Both the position numbers and the translations under genes were made by a program. A DNA stretch of 64,000 bases from an uncultured bacterium (GTDB lineage: Bacteria > Acidobacteriota > HRBIN11 > JAKEFK01). The notes under the pieces are model-generated. The model ran no database searches. It was not told the origin of the DNA and worked only from the letters and a program-made list of their open reading frames with translations. The DNA is taken from assembly GCA_963843285.1 (NCBI GenBank), contig CAWJJO010000004.1, positions 5,521 to 69,520 of the forward strand. The letters are read 5' to 3'. This document shows, piece after piece, positions 40,878-51,412 of this stretch (its first letter is position 1; every line of letters starts with the position of its first letter).

Positions 40878-43097
40878 TCACTTGCCGGGTTCGGCGATTC
40901 CGTAGATGTGGCCTTGCGCGCGCACGATTAGCATTTTGTCGCTGATAGCGGGAGTTGCCATAATCACTTCTCCCATCGAGTTGGTGGCGAGAATGTCAAA
41001 CGGAGGAGCGGCGCGCACTACGAAAATCTCACCATCTTCGCTGCTGAAATACAGACGACCGTCCGCTGCGACAGGAGAAGCGGTGAAAGCAAAAGCGTTT
41101 CTTTTTCCTCCGAGGCGTTGCTGCTGGATCTTTTCGCCGGTCTTTGCATTGTACACGGTGACAATACCGTTGTTCGCACAGGTGAAGAGGTAATCGCCAT
41201 AGACAATCGGAGTGGGCAGGTACGGCCCGCCGCGCTTCTTGCTCCAGACTACAAATTCGCCCGTATCCGTTCCCTCCTTCAAGCTGATGTCGCCGTTTCC
41301 TCCAGGCCGAATCGCATAAATCGGCTGGATTGGTGCATAACCGCTTGTGACGTAAATCAGATTATGCGCAAACAGGGGAGTCGGAACCGTGATTTCGGAG
41401 TTACCCTTCAGCTGCCACAGCTCTTTGCCGGTCAACGGATCGTAACCGCGGATCGCATTCGTTCCATTCGTCACAAGCTCCACGCGTGACTTACTTTCGA
41501 TGACCGTCGGCGTCCCCCATGATGGAATTTCATTGCGTGCGGTGCTCCAGGACTTCTTGCCCGAATTCACATCGAACGCTATGATGGCTGAATTCGTTTG
41601 CAGATCCGCCTGCACAATTACCAGATTCTTGTAAATGACCGGAGAACTTCCATAGCCCCACTGGTAATCGGGATCGTAGAACCAGCCGGAATCGAGCGTT
41701 CCAAGATTGATCTGCCAGAGTTTCTTTCCATTCAAATCGAACGCGACCAGATCGCCGGTGCTAAACAGCGCGATCACATGTTTTCCATCGGTTGCCGGTG
41801 TGGAATTTGCCTGTGTGGACTTCGGGTGCCGTTTGATTTGCGGCACTCCTTCGGAAACGGTCTGCTCCCAAAGGATCTTTCCGCTTTTCCGATCCAGGCA
41901 ATACAATTTCCAGGTGTGCTTCGAAACATCTGTAGCCGGCTCCACTTCGCCGTAGAGTCCTGTGCGCAGCGTCGCAGCGGGATCGCTGCTGATTGCGGTG
42001 GTGACAAAGACGCGATTTTCCCACACGACAGGACTGGAATTGGAAAGTCCCGGAATCGCTGTCTTCCATGCAATATTTGTGGAGTCTGCGGCATTCCATC
42101 GAATGGGCGGATTCAGTCCGTCTCCGATTCCGGAAGCATGGACTCCGCGAAAAGAAGGCCAGCCTGTTTTTGCAATCGATGCGCCGGGAGTGAGAGGTGT
42201 CGTCAAAGTTGCCGGAAGAGTCACCACGGGAGCGGCAGCTTCGGGATTGATTCGTTTGTACACGGAACTTGATCCGTCATCGCGCTTTACGGTGAAACTG
42301 TCTGCAGAAGGACTTGCGGGATCGAATTGCATCGTGAGTCCGCCGGAAGATGGAGTGAACGTGTGATCGTCAATCGCTTGGAGCGGGAAGGGATCGCTGC
42401 TCATCGGTTCTGCAATCAGCACATTTCCTTCGACCTTCAGCTTCAACTCGTTGCCGTCTTCACGCCGGAAGCTTCCTGCGTATTTCTTCAGGATCTCCGG
42501 ATCCACTTGCACGGATTGCGACGGCATCACCTTCGCGCCGGCCTTCTTCAGAAGTTCGGAAATCTCAGTGGCTTTCGCATCCTCCGCAGCAGTGAGCGCT
42601 TTGCTGAGAGTTTCGGGGGACTGCTTCGTAGTTTCGAGAATCACCTGCACCGTGTCCTTTGTCTTGCTATCCGATGCGGCAAAAATGAGAGCTTCGTCCG
42701 AACCCTTGGCCCCTTTTTCCAACAAAAGCTTCACCACTTCGGGACGTCCTTCGGTAATGGACCAGATCAGCGGAGTTGCGTGATAGAAGGTATCCTCAAC
42801 ATTCGGATCTGCCCCTTTGTCCAACAACAAGCGCAGGATATCCAAATGCCCTTTCGCCGCCGCAAAAAAAAGCGGCGTGGTACCGTAGCGATTTCGAGCA
42901 TTTACATCTGCGCCTTTCTCGAGCATCTGCTGCACGAGCTGGAGATTGCCGGTTCGCGCTGCTTCCAGAAGCTGCTCGTTCACGTTGTCTTCTGCGCGGG
43001 CAAAGAGCGTGATTGCAAAAAGAACTGCCGGAATCAAAAGAAATGGTGAAGCTCTCATTTTTAACTCCCGATAAAACAATATCGCGGAAGCGATCAA
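40878..43097 (-). CDS. secreted ankyrin-repeat + PQQ-like beta-propeller protein
   Basis: Signal peptide, ankyrin repeats (GADVNARNRYGTTPLFFAAAKGHLDILRLLLDKGADPN), C-terminal repeated G..LW propeller blades. Confidence 0.65.
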   Translation of the reverse strand: MIASAILFYRELKMRASPFLLIPAVLFAITLFARAEDNVNEQLLEAARTGNLQLVQQMLEKGADVNARNRYGTTPLFFAAAKGHLDILRLLLDKGADPNVEDTFYHATPLIWSITEGRPEVVKLLLEKGAKGSDEALIFAASDSKTKDTVQVILETTKQSPETLSKALTAAEDAKATEISELLKKAGAKVMPSQSVQVDPEILKKYAGSFRREDGNELKLKVEGNVLIAEPMSSDPFPLQAIDDHTFTPSSGGLTMQFDPASPSADSFTVKRDDGSSSVYKRINPEAAAPVVTLPATLTTPLTPGASIAKTGWPSFRGVHASGIGDGLNPPIRWNAADSTNIAWKTAIPGLSNSSPVVWENRVFVTTAISSDPAATLRTGLYGEVEPATDVSKHTWKLYCLDRKSGKILWEQTVSEGVPQIKRHPKSTQANSTPATDGKHVIALFSTGDLVAFDLNGKKLWQINLGTLDSGWFYDPDYQWGYGSSPVIYKNLVIVQADLQTNSAIIAFDVNSGKKSWSTARNEIPSWGTPTVIESKSRVELVTNGTNAIRGYDPLTGKELWQLKGNSEITVPTPLFAHNLIYVTSGYAPIQPIYAIRPGGNGDISLKEGTDTGEFVVWSKKRGGPYLPTPIVYGDYLFTCANNGIVTVYNAKTGEKIQQQRLGGKRNAFAFTASPVAADGRLYFSSEDGEIFVVRAAPPFDILATNSMGEVIMATPAISDKMLIVRAQGHIYGIAEPGK

Positions 43098-43319
43098 ACT
43101 TCCACAGCAGTCGTCCCCCAGTCTTTCGTTTTAACAGAGACGGGAAAGTTGTTCCGACATTCAGGCCGCGATTTGACACAGTTTGTTTTCGATGCTGGAA
43201 TTCGCCATTCTTTTGTATTCCACATCCCACTTCGGATAATCGTAAAACGCGGCTACCAGGACCGCGACCGTTTCGGCCTTCTCATCGCGGGTCAGTCTTT
43301 CTATTTTCATGCTTCGATT

Positions 43320-43385
43320 CTTACACATCGAGTGGGGTGTAAGAAGGGGATCGGGGGGATGGAGGAGAGAGGAGATAGGGGGATG
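43320..43385 (+). repeat. G-rich palindromic-repeat family: terminal fragment of a C-rich arm (TCTTACAC) directly followed by a full G-rich arm
   Basis: CTTACACATCGAGTGGGGTGTAAGAAGGGGATCGGGGGGATGGAGGAGAGAGGAGATAGGGGGATG. Confidence 0.8.
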
Positions 43386-43458
43386 ATTTTGCTACCAGAT
43401 AAGGACTATCTTTGAATCTTTCCTGTGTATCAGGCGTTCCAGATAAGGAGGTGGAACT

Positions 43459-44688
43459 ATGCAATATCACGGATTATTCTGGACCGGGCTTCTGGGGGCG
43501 ATCTTAATCGTGGCACTTCTCTTCGGGGGAAAGGCGCGAGCGAGTCAAACTCAACCGGTGTCACAGCCCTTGAGCCGGCTGGCTTCCGCCAACACCAAAT
43601 TCGGGTTCAAGATGCTGGCGGAATTGAACGGGGGCGGAACGGAAAATGTTTTGTTCTCTCCTTCCAGCATCGCCTGGTGCCTGAGCATGGCGCTGAACGG
43701 CGCCGGAGGGACAACAAAAGACGAAATGATGCTGGCCCTGGAAACGAAGGGCTTCAGTCTTCAGGACCTGAACAGCGCTTACGCTGAATGGAAAAACACG
43801 TCTGCAAGCATCGACCCGAAAGTGGAAATTGATATCGCCAATTCGATCTGGGCCAGGCGCGGCATCGGGATTCGTCCGGAGTTTGTGGAAACAAACAAGA
43901 AGTACTTCGGCGCTGAAGTCAGCGAGCTGGATTTCAACGATCCGCGCGCACTCACCACCATCAACTCCTGGGTCAAGGACAAGACTAGAAGCAAAATTGA
44001 CAAAATCGTGGATGAGATCAATCCGGATTCCGTGCTCTTTCTCATCAATGCCATCTACTTCAACGGCAAGTGGACCCGCGCATTCGATGCGACAAAGACA
44101 AAAGAAGAAAATTTTACGCTCGGCAGCGGTACGCAAAAACGTTTGCCGATGATGCATCAGCGCGGAACGTATCAGTATCTGGAGACTCCTGAGTTTCAGT
44201 CCATCCTGTTGCCGTACGGCAACAAACGCCTGAGTATGTATGTCTTCCTCCCTGCAAAAACTGTTGGGTTACAAAACCTTCACGGTATGTTGACCGATAC
44301 AAATTGGGAAAAGTGGATGACACAGTATTCAGAGTCGGAAGGGGAGATTGTTCTGCCCAAATTCCGGATTGAATATGAAGCGACTTTGAACAAGATGCTC
44401 ATCGCGCTCGGGATGCGATCGGCGTTTGATCCGCAACAGGCGGATTTCAGCGCGATGATCCGAAGCTCAGCGAAAGCTTATATCAGTAAGGTCAAACACA
44501 AAGCGTTCGCGGAAGTCAATGAAGAAGGCACCGAAGCCGCAGCCGTGACCTCTACGGAAATCCGGGTTGTTTCGGCGGTCATCCCCAAGAAGACGTTTCA
44601 GATGATCGTGAATCGTCCGTTCTTTTTTGTAATACACGACAGCGCTACGGGTGCTTTGCTGTTTATGGGCTCTGTCGTTGCTCCTTGA
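43459..44688 (+). CDS. serpin (serine protease inhibitor), secreted
   Basis: Signal peptide; C-terminal serpin signature NRPFFFVIHDSATGALLFMGSVVAP. Confidence 0.85.
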   Translation: MQYHGLFWTGLLGAILIVALLFGGKARASQTQPVSQPLSRLASANTKFGFKMLAELNGGGTENVLFSPSSIAWCLSMALNGAGGTTKDEMMLALETKGFSLQDLNSAYAEWKNTSASIDPKVEIDIANSIWARRGIGIRPEFVETNKKYFGAEVSELDFNDPRALTTINSWVKDKTRSKIDKIVDEINPDSVLFLINAIYFNGKWTRAFDATKTKEENFTLGSGTQKRLPMMHQRGTYQYLETPEFQSILLPYGNKRLSMYVFLPAKTVGLQNLHGMLTDTNWEKWMTQYSESEGEIVLPKFRIEYEATLNKMLIALGMRSAFDPQQADFSAMIRSSAKAYISKVKHKAFAEVNEEGTEAAAVTSTEIRVVSAVIPKKTFQMIVNRPFFFVIHDSATGALLFMGSVVAP

Positions 44689-44694
44689 GCCCTG

Positions 44695-44742
44695 TGTAAG
44701 AAGGGGAATGTGGAGATAGGGGGGATGCGGGGATCTATTATT
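44695..44742 (+). repeat. G-rich palindromic-repeat family, single arm 6 nt after the serpin TGA
   Basis: GTGTAAGAAGGGGAATGTGGAGATAGGGGGGATGCGGGGATC. Confidence 0.85.
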
Positions 44743-45784
44743 TCGGATATACCATACGGATCATCTCTTGAGACAACACTTCTGCAATCACCAGGTTTGC
44801 CTGTGCATTCTTATGCTGATCGTACGGTGTTACCCATAGCTTCTGAGGGTCATCAAAATGACGCGCCATTGTGGACAACGGATCTACGACTCGCATCCGT
44901 GGGTTATCAAGCGCCCGTAATTTCTGATGGATTTCCCGATAAGGATAGTTGCGCGTGAAGTCTTTCACTTCGTAAATCTCGGGCGCAATTAACAGAAAAA
45001 AGGGAATGTTCCTGCTTTGAAGGTAAGCCGACATTTCGCGTAAAACAGATTTGACTGCATCGAAATATACGGACGAATGCAGCGCCAGAAAGTAATTTCT
45101 AACATTCCCCGCCTTGATTCGCTCATCGTTTATGGAAGTTAGAGAAAGCGTCGAATACTGAAAGAACTGGTAGAGATAAATACGGGTGAGGGGCCCGGAT
45201 TTTACAAAACTTACAGGATTGTAGATTTCGGGATCATTGAAGACATAATACAAAACCACAACGGTTGGATGGTAATCCATCACTCTCTTCTTGAGAAGCA
45301 CGAATTCCTGTGCGGTGTTGTAACCAACAACACCAAAATTCAAAACCTCATACTGATGTTCCGGATCGAGCGACTGCAATTTATTCTGAATCGAGCCACT
45401 GATCGTTTCGTCCGGCGGTAGTCTTTCGCCGAAGGTCTCCGAGTCGCCCAGAACCGCGATCCGCCTGACACGCTCACGCGGCTGCAAGGCAACCTCCTCC
45501 CCACGAAAGCCGGCTGAATTGATCCGCACGAAACCTCGTTGAGCTTTTGGAACAAGTTCCCAGACGAGGTCGCTATCCCGGCTTTTGCGAAATAACCTGT
45601 CGCCTGCGAGAACATGATAGACATTGAACGGTTGCTGCTTGAGGAAACGGACAAAACCGATACTGCTGTTTGGCGGACTCCATCGAACCAACGCACGGAG
45701 AGAAATCTCGGCGATGAAAAATCCGGCGATCAGCCCGATCGCGATTAAACCAATCTTTGCTCCTCTCTTTCGCATACCGGCCAA
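44738..45784 (-). CDS. SGNH/GDSL-family hydrolase, membrane-anchored
   Basis: N-terminal TM; GDS block in RIAVLGDSETFG. Confidence 0.6.
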   Translation of the reverse strand: MAGMRKRGAKIGLIAIGLIAGFFIAEISLRALVRWSPPNSSIGFVRFLKQQPFNVYHVLAGDRLFRKSRDSDLVWELVPKAQRGFVRINSAGFRGEEVALQPRERVRRIAVLGDSETFGERLPPDETISGSIQNKLQSLDPEHQYEVLNFGVVGYNTAQEFVLLKKRVMDYHPTVVVLYYVFNDPEIYNPVSFVKSGPLTRIYLYQFFQYSTLSLTSINDERIKAGNVRNYFLALHSSVYFDAVKSVLREMSAYLQSRNIPFFLLIAPEIYEVKDFTRNYPYREIHQKLRALDNPRMRVVDPLSTMARHFDDPQKLWVTPYDQHKNAQANLVIAEVLSQEMIRMVYPK

Positions 45785-45824
45785 TTTAGATTACCATGCG
45801 GAAAGAGAGCGGGTGCTGTAGCTC

Positions 45825-45870
45825 GCGTAAGAAGGGGGATTGGAAATAACGTCGATAGGGAGATGATGAA
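45825..45870 (+). repeat. G-rich palindromic-repeat family, degenerate arm (GCGTAAGAAGGGGGATTGG...)
   Basis: GCGTAAGAAGGGGGATTGGAAATAACGTCGATAGGGAGATGATG. Confidence 0.6.
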
Positions 45871-45920
45871 AGAAAAATAGGGCCGGTGCAAAGAGCACCG
45901 GCCCATCACATAGAGATACG

Positions 45921-48900
45921 TCAGAATGTTTTGCTCCAGGTCCCGAACGGGATAAACGGATTGCCGTTCTTTGCCCGGTCAACGAACACATCGATGAACT
46001 TCCTGGAAGTTCCTGCGGTTGTATCCAGGAGAAAACCACCGCGGAGGAAGTAATCGGCTGTGCCGGACCCGATCGTTGCATCGAAGCGGCTACCTGCATC
46101 TCTGGTTGCTCCGCTATCAATGGCTTTGCCGTCATACCACAGCCTGGCCGTTCCACTACGATGCCCACCGACAGCTGTAATACGGACAGACAGCCTGAAG
46201 CTCACGGTGTCTCCTGAGCTAATCGCCGGGAGAGTGGAAAGCGCCAGATTGATCGTTCTCAAGACCGCGTTGTTGAATCCGCTGCTGCCGCCCGGAACGT
46301 TGTTGATCTGACCGCTACCCACAACCGTGCCGTTCTGAAGTACTTCGGCCAACAGATCGAAGTTCGTGCCCACGTCATCGCTATTCTTCAGCCCGATCCA
46401 CACCTTCGCGGGACTGAGCGCGCTCAACTGCGGCTCGCAGTCATAGACGCGAACATTGTCTACGTACCAACCAAAGGTTGTGCCGCCGCATCCGTCCGTG
46501 CTGATGTCCCAACGAAGCTGGATGCTATCGCCGGCGGCGACAAGTCCAGCTAGATTGACAATGGATTTGCCCCAGGTTCCATCTACCTCACCACCATCGG
46601 TACCGGACCATGCACGCTGACCGGCGCGTGGATTGGTATTTCCGGGCGCAGCGGCAAAAGTCGCGTTGTAACCGTTGTAGATGAAGTTCGCTTGCGGTAC
46701 AAGTGTGAACGGCCCGCCATTCACGCTAATCATCAGTTGCCCGCCATCGAAGCCGGCCTCCGTTGCAACCCAATGATCGAAGGTAAGGGTTGGTGTAGAA
46801 GTCAGCGAAGGCGGTATTGCGATGACCGGGCTGGTCAGGTGACGAACACCGCTTTCATTATCTGTTGCATTGCAGCCGCCAATGTTCAGATCTGCGCCAA
46901 AGAAGGCTTGCCCTGCGCGACCATCCGGCAGCGTAGTGCTAACTACCCAGTCGGGCTGGCTGTAACCTGCTCCAACAGCATCGAAGGTAGCAGTCCAACC
47001 GGAGGTGTTGCCCTCAAAGTCGTCCGCAAATAGAGTGTGCTGAGCAGTGCCGGCGCCGCAGGACGGATCAGCCGGTGGATTCTGGCCCAGGAGTGGCTGG
47101 AAGTTGCACTGCGTCGGCAGAGTGCGCATCTGCACCGCCAGCATGGCCTTCTGCACTTCAGCTACATCGGCTATCGTGATGATCTGACCGGAAGGTGCGC
47201 CTGTATTCAGATCGGGAAGGTCGACGCCGATCAAATCGGTAGCCGACTGTTCGATCGCATCAGCATGATCCACGAAGTCGGTGGTTGGATGCTGGTAAAC
47301 CGTCTCCGCGCGGAAATAGATGTGTGCGGCCTTCGTCAAACCGATGCCGTTGATGGTCTGGCCGTTGTAGGTTCCGCCATCGACGGTCAGCGCATAGGCA
47401 TGATTGGGAACGCCGGAGTTGTTATGCACGCCGCCGCTGTCGCCTGTCCCGCATCCATATTGAGTGTCGGTCACTTTGCCCGGATTGTTGTAGCAGTTTG
47501 GCCACCACATGTCGCGGAGCGCGCCGCTTAGACCAACAGCTGTGTCGTCTTCGCCCAGGAGCCAGCGAACGGAGTTGTCGGGCCCGGTGGCGCCACGGCT
47601 GAGGGTCGCGTTGACTGTATTCGAAAGGAGCTGAGTCTTGATCGCGTTCCCGTCACTTTGAAGGATCAACAAAGATGGAACGGTGATTGTTGCATCAACG
47701 CCACCCATGTTGATAATCCCGGCTGCATTATTGGCTACGATCACACCCACCGCTCCGTTGACCTGCGCGTTCTTGACCTTCACTGCGAACCCGCAAGTGC
47801 CGCGGTCGACCAATGCGAACTTACCTGCGACATCCGCCGCATTCGTCCAGGAGTTGGCTGCGCAGACAAAACTCGGCCCGGCGCAGCAGCCGTCGGACAG
47901 AGTCTGGCCAGTGGCGACGCCATCGTTCGCGAGCACCACATCGTTGGTGACCGTGAAGGCCGTTGGACCGAATTGGGCGATTCCTGCAGGCTTGACTCCC
48001 GCGATCGCAGCAGGTGAGTTAATCGTGACCGTTGGCGGCAGCTGTGTGAAAGCGCTGCAGGCGCCATCGGTTCGCTGCGTATTCGGAGTGTCGGTCATTC
48101 TACCGTTAATCCGGTCAATCGTTTCACCAAAAATGTCTGAATAAGATTCGTTTAGTGCGCCCGGTTGCCACGCATAGATGAGGCCGTGTGTGTACTGTGT
48201 GTAGGCGTGAGACCACTCATGACCGGTGACATCATCTGTGGTTAGACCGTTGCAAAACGAAATGAATGTGCCGTTCCACGAAGCGTTCGGGCACCCGTAA
48301 CCACGATTGAAAATCGAATCCATGATTCCACCCAGGCCGTCGAAGGAGTCTCGACCGAAGGAGAAGCTGTAAAAATCATAGGTGTCCTTGGAGGCAAGGA
48401 TCATATTATCCGCTTCAGTATTGCCGGTGGGAAAAGGCTGCCCTTCCACCCAAAACGGTGAACCGGGATAGAATGTCGGAACTTGCGCTTCCGGAAGGAA
48501 ATTGCCGTTGTAAGCGCGACGAAACATCGCGTCCACAATTCCGGTAATTTGGTCCACAAATTTTCCGGTGTGCGCATCGATGTACACAAATTCGCGGACA
48601 TTCGCGCCGTTCCCAACTTCAACTTCCCAGACCAGATGATTCTGACCCGGAATGCCCTGAGCCAGTCCTGTACGATAGATCATGAGTATGGTGTTTCGAA
48701 CCGAAATCGATTTGTCGGCTCCTTTATCGTTGATCACCATGGCCAGAGCTGTGGCAGCCGCATCTTCCGATCTTTTGGATGGATGCGGGTTCACGTTAAT
48801 TTCCGGAATGATGTTGCCATTCACGGCACGCAACTGGCCGGCAGCATCAAAGTGCGTTTTGATGACTCCGGCAAAAACCGGAACTCCGAAATAGAACTGC

Positions 48901-49277
48901 CCATACGAAAGATGCTTACCGCCTTGAGCATCGCTTTTTTCCTGAGTCATTTTCAAATCAGTCAACGCATTTTTCAAGCCAAAAACACTGCCGTATTGCT
49001 GGAAGAATAAGAAGGATCGATCATGTACGGAGGCCGCTTTTTCCAGTCCCCTTAAACCAGCGGCAGTGAATCCGATGAACCGTGCGCCCCCGGTAGCATC
49101 CGAGATCGAGATTTTGGTATTCTCGCTACTGTTGCTCTTGAGCCGCTGGATCCCGAGTGGGTCCAGGACTTTTTGCTTGCCGGCTTTTCCGCCTGCATCT
49201 GCGAAACAAGTCAGCTGAAACGCCATGAAGAAACTTATGGCTACAAAAAACAATCTTCGCATTGGGTGCTCCTTCAA
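45921..49277 (-). CDS. M4 (thermolysin-like) zinc metallopeptidase with large C-terminal extension, secreted
   Basis: 1118 aa. Signal peptide; HEWSHAYTQ (HExxH), GALNESYSDIFGE third zinc ligand, GGVHNNSGVPNHAYAL. Confidence 0.85.
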   Translation of the reverse strand: MKEHPMRRLFFVAISFFMAFQLTCFADAGGKAGKQKVLDPLGIQRLKSNSSENTKISISDATGGARFIGFTAAGLRGLEKAASVHDRSFLFFQQYGSVFGLKNALTDLKMTQEKSDAQGGKHLSYGQFYFGVPVFAGVIKTHFDAAGQLRAVNGNIIPEINVNPHPSKRSEDAAATALAMVINDKGADKSISVRNTILMIYRTGLAQGIPGQNHLVWEVEVGNGANVREFVYIDAHTGKFVDQITGIVDAMFRRAYNGNFLPEAQVPTFYPGSPFWVEGQPFPTGNTEADNMILASKDTYDFYSFSFGRDSFDGLGGIMDSIFNRGYGCPNASWNGTFISFCNGLTTDDVTGHEWSHAYTQYTHGLIYAWQPGALNESYSDIFGETIDRINGRMTDTPNTQRTDGACSAFTQLPPTVTINSPAAIAGVKPAGIAQFGPTAFTVTNDVVLANDGVATGQTLSDGCCAGPSFVCAANSWTNAADVAGKFALVDRGTCGFAVKVKNAQVNGAVGVIVANNAAGIINMGGVDATITVPSLLILQSDGNAIKTQLLSNTVNATLSRGATGPDNSVRWLLGEDDTAVGLSGALRDMWWPNCYNNPGKVTDTQYGCGTGDSGGVHNNSGVPNHAYALTVDGGTYNGQTINGIGLTKAAHIYFRAETVYQHPTTDFVDHADAIEQSATDLIGVDLPDLNTGAPSGQIITIADVAEVQKAMLAVQMRTLPTQCNFQPLLGQNPPADPSCGAGTAQHTLFADDFEGNTSGWTATFDAVGAGYSQPDWVVSTTLPDGRAGQAFFGADLNIGGCNATDNESGVRHLTSPVIAIPPSLTSTPTLTFDHWVATEAGFDGGQLMISVNGGPFTLVPQANFIYNGYNATFAAAPGNTNPRAGQRAWSGTDGGEVDGTWGKSIVNLAGLVAAGDSIQLRWDISTDGCGGTTFGWYVDNVRVYDCEPQLSALSPAKVWIGLKNSDDVGTNFDLLAEVLQNGTVVGSGQINNVPGGSSGFNNAVLRTINLALSTLPAISSGDTVSFRLSVRITAVGGHRSGTARLWYDGKAIDSGATRDAGSRFDATIGSGTADYFLRGGFLLDTTAGTSRKFIDVFVDRAKNGNPFIPFGTWSKTF

Positions 49278-49309
49278 AAAGGTACTGTGAACCTGGCCAC
49301 AGCACGGGA

Positions 49310-49729
49310 TTATTCCCCCTTCTTTTCAAACGACACTACCAATGTTGCCTCGTACTCCTCTTGACGGATACTCTGATTCACTGAAGGATACGGATTCAGC
49401 GCAATCAGCCGAATTGTATATCCCTGGTAGTCAGCCTCCGACAGGCCGGAATCGGTGTTGAGTGAAACGGATGCGGGATCGCTTTTTTGACGAACCAATT
49501 CCAGCTCGATCTTTGCATTCCCCTGTGTGATACATTGCGCGCCTTTCGGACAACGTGAATCTTGAGGAACAGAAGTGAATCGGATTTGCAGTTTTTCTGA
49601 CTTGACTTCGACGCGTTGCCCTACTTTTATGTTGAATTCCTGGTCTAGCAGCACGTTCCGGATGTCATCGGACTCCTGTGCACAAACGCCGGCCAGAACG
49701 AGAAAAATAGTGATAGCAGCGAGCCTCAT
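49310..49729 (-). CDS. small secreted protein (139 aa) immediately upstream of the M4 peptidase; candidate inhibitor/chaperone
   Basis: Signal peptide MRLAAITIFLVLAGVCAQ; Cys pair CPKGAQC. No family recognised. Confidence 0.45.
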   Translation of the reverse strand: MRLAAITIFLVLAGVCAQESDDIRNVLLDQEFNIKVGQRVEVKSEKLQIRFTSVPQDSRCPKGAQCITQGNAKIELELVRQKSDPASVSLNTDSGLSEADYQGYTIRLIALNPYPSVNQSIRQEEYEATLVVSFEKKGE

Positions 49730-49859
49730 CTACTCCTACGGTGTTAGCGTATGCAATCCTAAGAAACGGTGAGTCCTCCCTCTTTTGTTCTTACCAAAAA
49801 AGGTTATCTCCAAGCTATTCCAAGTTTCTAAGCCTGTCAAATGGAAAAATGATCGCCTA

Positions 49860-49965
49860 GTGTAAGGAGGGAGATGTGGAGATAGGGGGGATAAGGGGAT
49901 GATTTCAGTTTTCCAATAATAAATATCCCCACATTTCCAATATCCCCTTATCCCCCTTCTTACAC
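49860..49965 (+). repeat. G-rich palindromic repeat, complete 106-bp element (G-rich arm, ~25-nt AT-rich spacer, C-rich arm)
   Basis: GTGTAAGGAGGGAGATGTGGAGATAGGGGGGATAAGGGGAT...ATCCCCACATTTCCAATATCCCCTTATCCCCCTTCTTACAC. Confidence 0.9.
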
Positions 49966-49972
49966 TCCTGGG

Positions 49973-51412
49973 TCAAACGAAGTAGTCGATAAATAGTTTG
50001 GACGAATCCATGCGCAGGGATTTGACGAACTTGCTCCATTGCGCCGAGGTAATTCCATCCGGCTTTTCTGTGGTCTCCGGAAGATTTTGCCAGTCGGCCC
50101 GAATCAGACGTCCTTTGGTCTTTTGCAGCAAAGCATCCTTTAAGGCCTTCGCAGGCATATCCCAACCTTTTTTGTTTGACCCTTTCGGCAAACGCGCGAA
50201 CTCTTCATCCACCGGGATGGCGGCGACCAGTTTGGAAGAAGTCATGAGCTCCAGACCCTTTTCCCGGAGCGTTGCATTGTGACTTCCATGATGTCCGACT
50301 TTGTAAAACGTGACTCGTTTCAGAAGATCTGCAGCTTTGATTTTTGTTGATGGTCCATTCGCTGACGGCACATCCCATTCCACTTTATCCCACGATTTCC
50401 AGTTGCCGATTTCCGCATCGCCGACAAACAGAAGCACTTGATCGCTCTCAATCAGCTCAATTGCGAGGACCAGGCTTGTGTTGTTCAAATGATCATCCAA
50501 TTGCAATGCGAGTCTGGCGGCAGAGTACAGCCAGTCGTAGTCAATCCTTCGCCAGGATTCGTCCGGCGAGTTGTATCTGCCATACAGATCGGGCCAGTCG
50601 TGCTGCAGTCTTTTTTCATCAGACCATTGCAGGTTTCGATCGAAAGGAGAAAACACAGGCTCCTGCTCTTTCCCCTGTTCTTTCGAAAGCATACTTTCCA
50701 GCGCATTCAAAAACGCAAAATCAGGCCCCGCGAGGCCATACATGTCCGATTCTTTTTCTTCATAGTGAATATCTTTGACATCTTTTGACGGCGCAAAAAT
50801 GTAAAAGCGGACACCTGGAAGCCAATCCCGCTCAATCACCTGACCGGGTTCCAAATAATCCGGAGTGGGATCCCGGCGGGTGATTTTGTTCATCGCCTCT
50901 TCGGTTTTCTCGGAAAATCCGATCATACCCATTCCGGACAGTCCGCCAAGGAAACCAAGAATGTCGGCGATCGCTCCACCGCGTCTTTGTGCTTCTTCCT
51001 GCAGATCGCTGATTTTCGCCAGAGCCAATTGCAACGCAGCCAGCTTCTGCTTCTTTTTCTTGCTCTCTTTCAGAATCTTTTGATCTGGATTTTCAGTCCA
51101 TGCAACCCAGATCTCTCTCATTTTCATCGGATCGAAAATCGTTCTTGCATCCCAGAACCCGGCTATATGATCCCAGTGTTCATGCGTAGCAACAAGAACA
51201 TCCAGTTTTGGCCCAATTTCGCTATTGATGTTGGCTGCAACGTTCCTGAGTTTTTCAGCGCCCCCGGGAGTTCCTGTCAACACACCGCAGTCGATCAACA
51301 TGTGCCGCAAGCCCTGCGTGCTGTTAAACGTCAGAAGAAAGCAGTCTCCCAGTCCTTGTTTGTACATCCTCACCCTCAAGGACCAGTTTGTTGGAGTTGC
51401 AGCCGGCGGCAT
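49973..51412 (-). CDS. metallo-beta-lactamase-fold hydrolase
   Basis: VATHEHWDHIAG (HxHxDH) motif. Confidence 0.7.
   Translation of the reverse strand: MPPAATPTNWSLRVRMYKQGLGDCFLLTFNSTQGLRHMLIDCGVLTGTPGGAEKLRNVAANINSEIGPKLDVLVATHEHWDHIAGFWDARTIFDPMKMREIWVAWTENPDQKILKESKKKKQKLAALQLALAKISDLQEEAQRRGGAIADILGFLGGLSGMGMIGFSEKTEEAMNKITRRDPTPDYLEPGQVIERDWLPGVRFYIFAPSKDVKDIHYEEKESDMYGLAGPDFAFLNALESMLSKEQGKEQEPVFSPFDRNLQWSDEKRLQHDWPDLYGRYNSPDESWRRIDYDWLYSAARLALQLDDHLNNTSLVLAIELIESDQVLLFVGDAEIGNWKSWDKVEWDVPSANGPSTKIKAADLLKRVTFYKVGHHGSHNATLREKGLELMTSSKLVAAIPVDEEFARLPKGSNKKGWDMPAKALKDALLQKTKGRLIRADWQNLPETTEKPDGITSAQWSKFVKSLRMDSSKLFIDYFV

Noticed and set aside
41598-42783. Several + strand ORFs inside the ankyrin/PQQ gene
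   Set aside because: Antisense to a well-supported secreted repeat protein; Cys/Arg-rich low-complexity translations.
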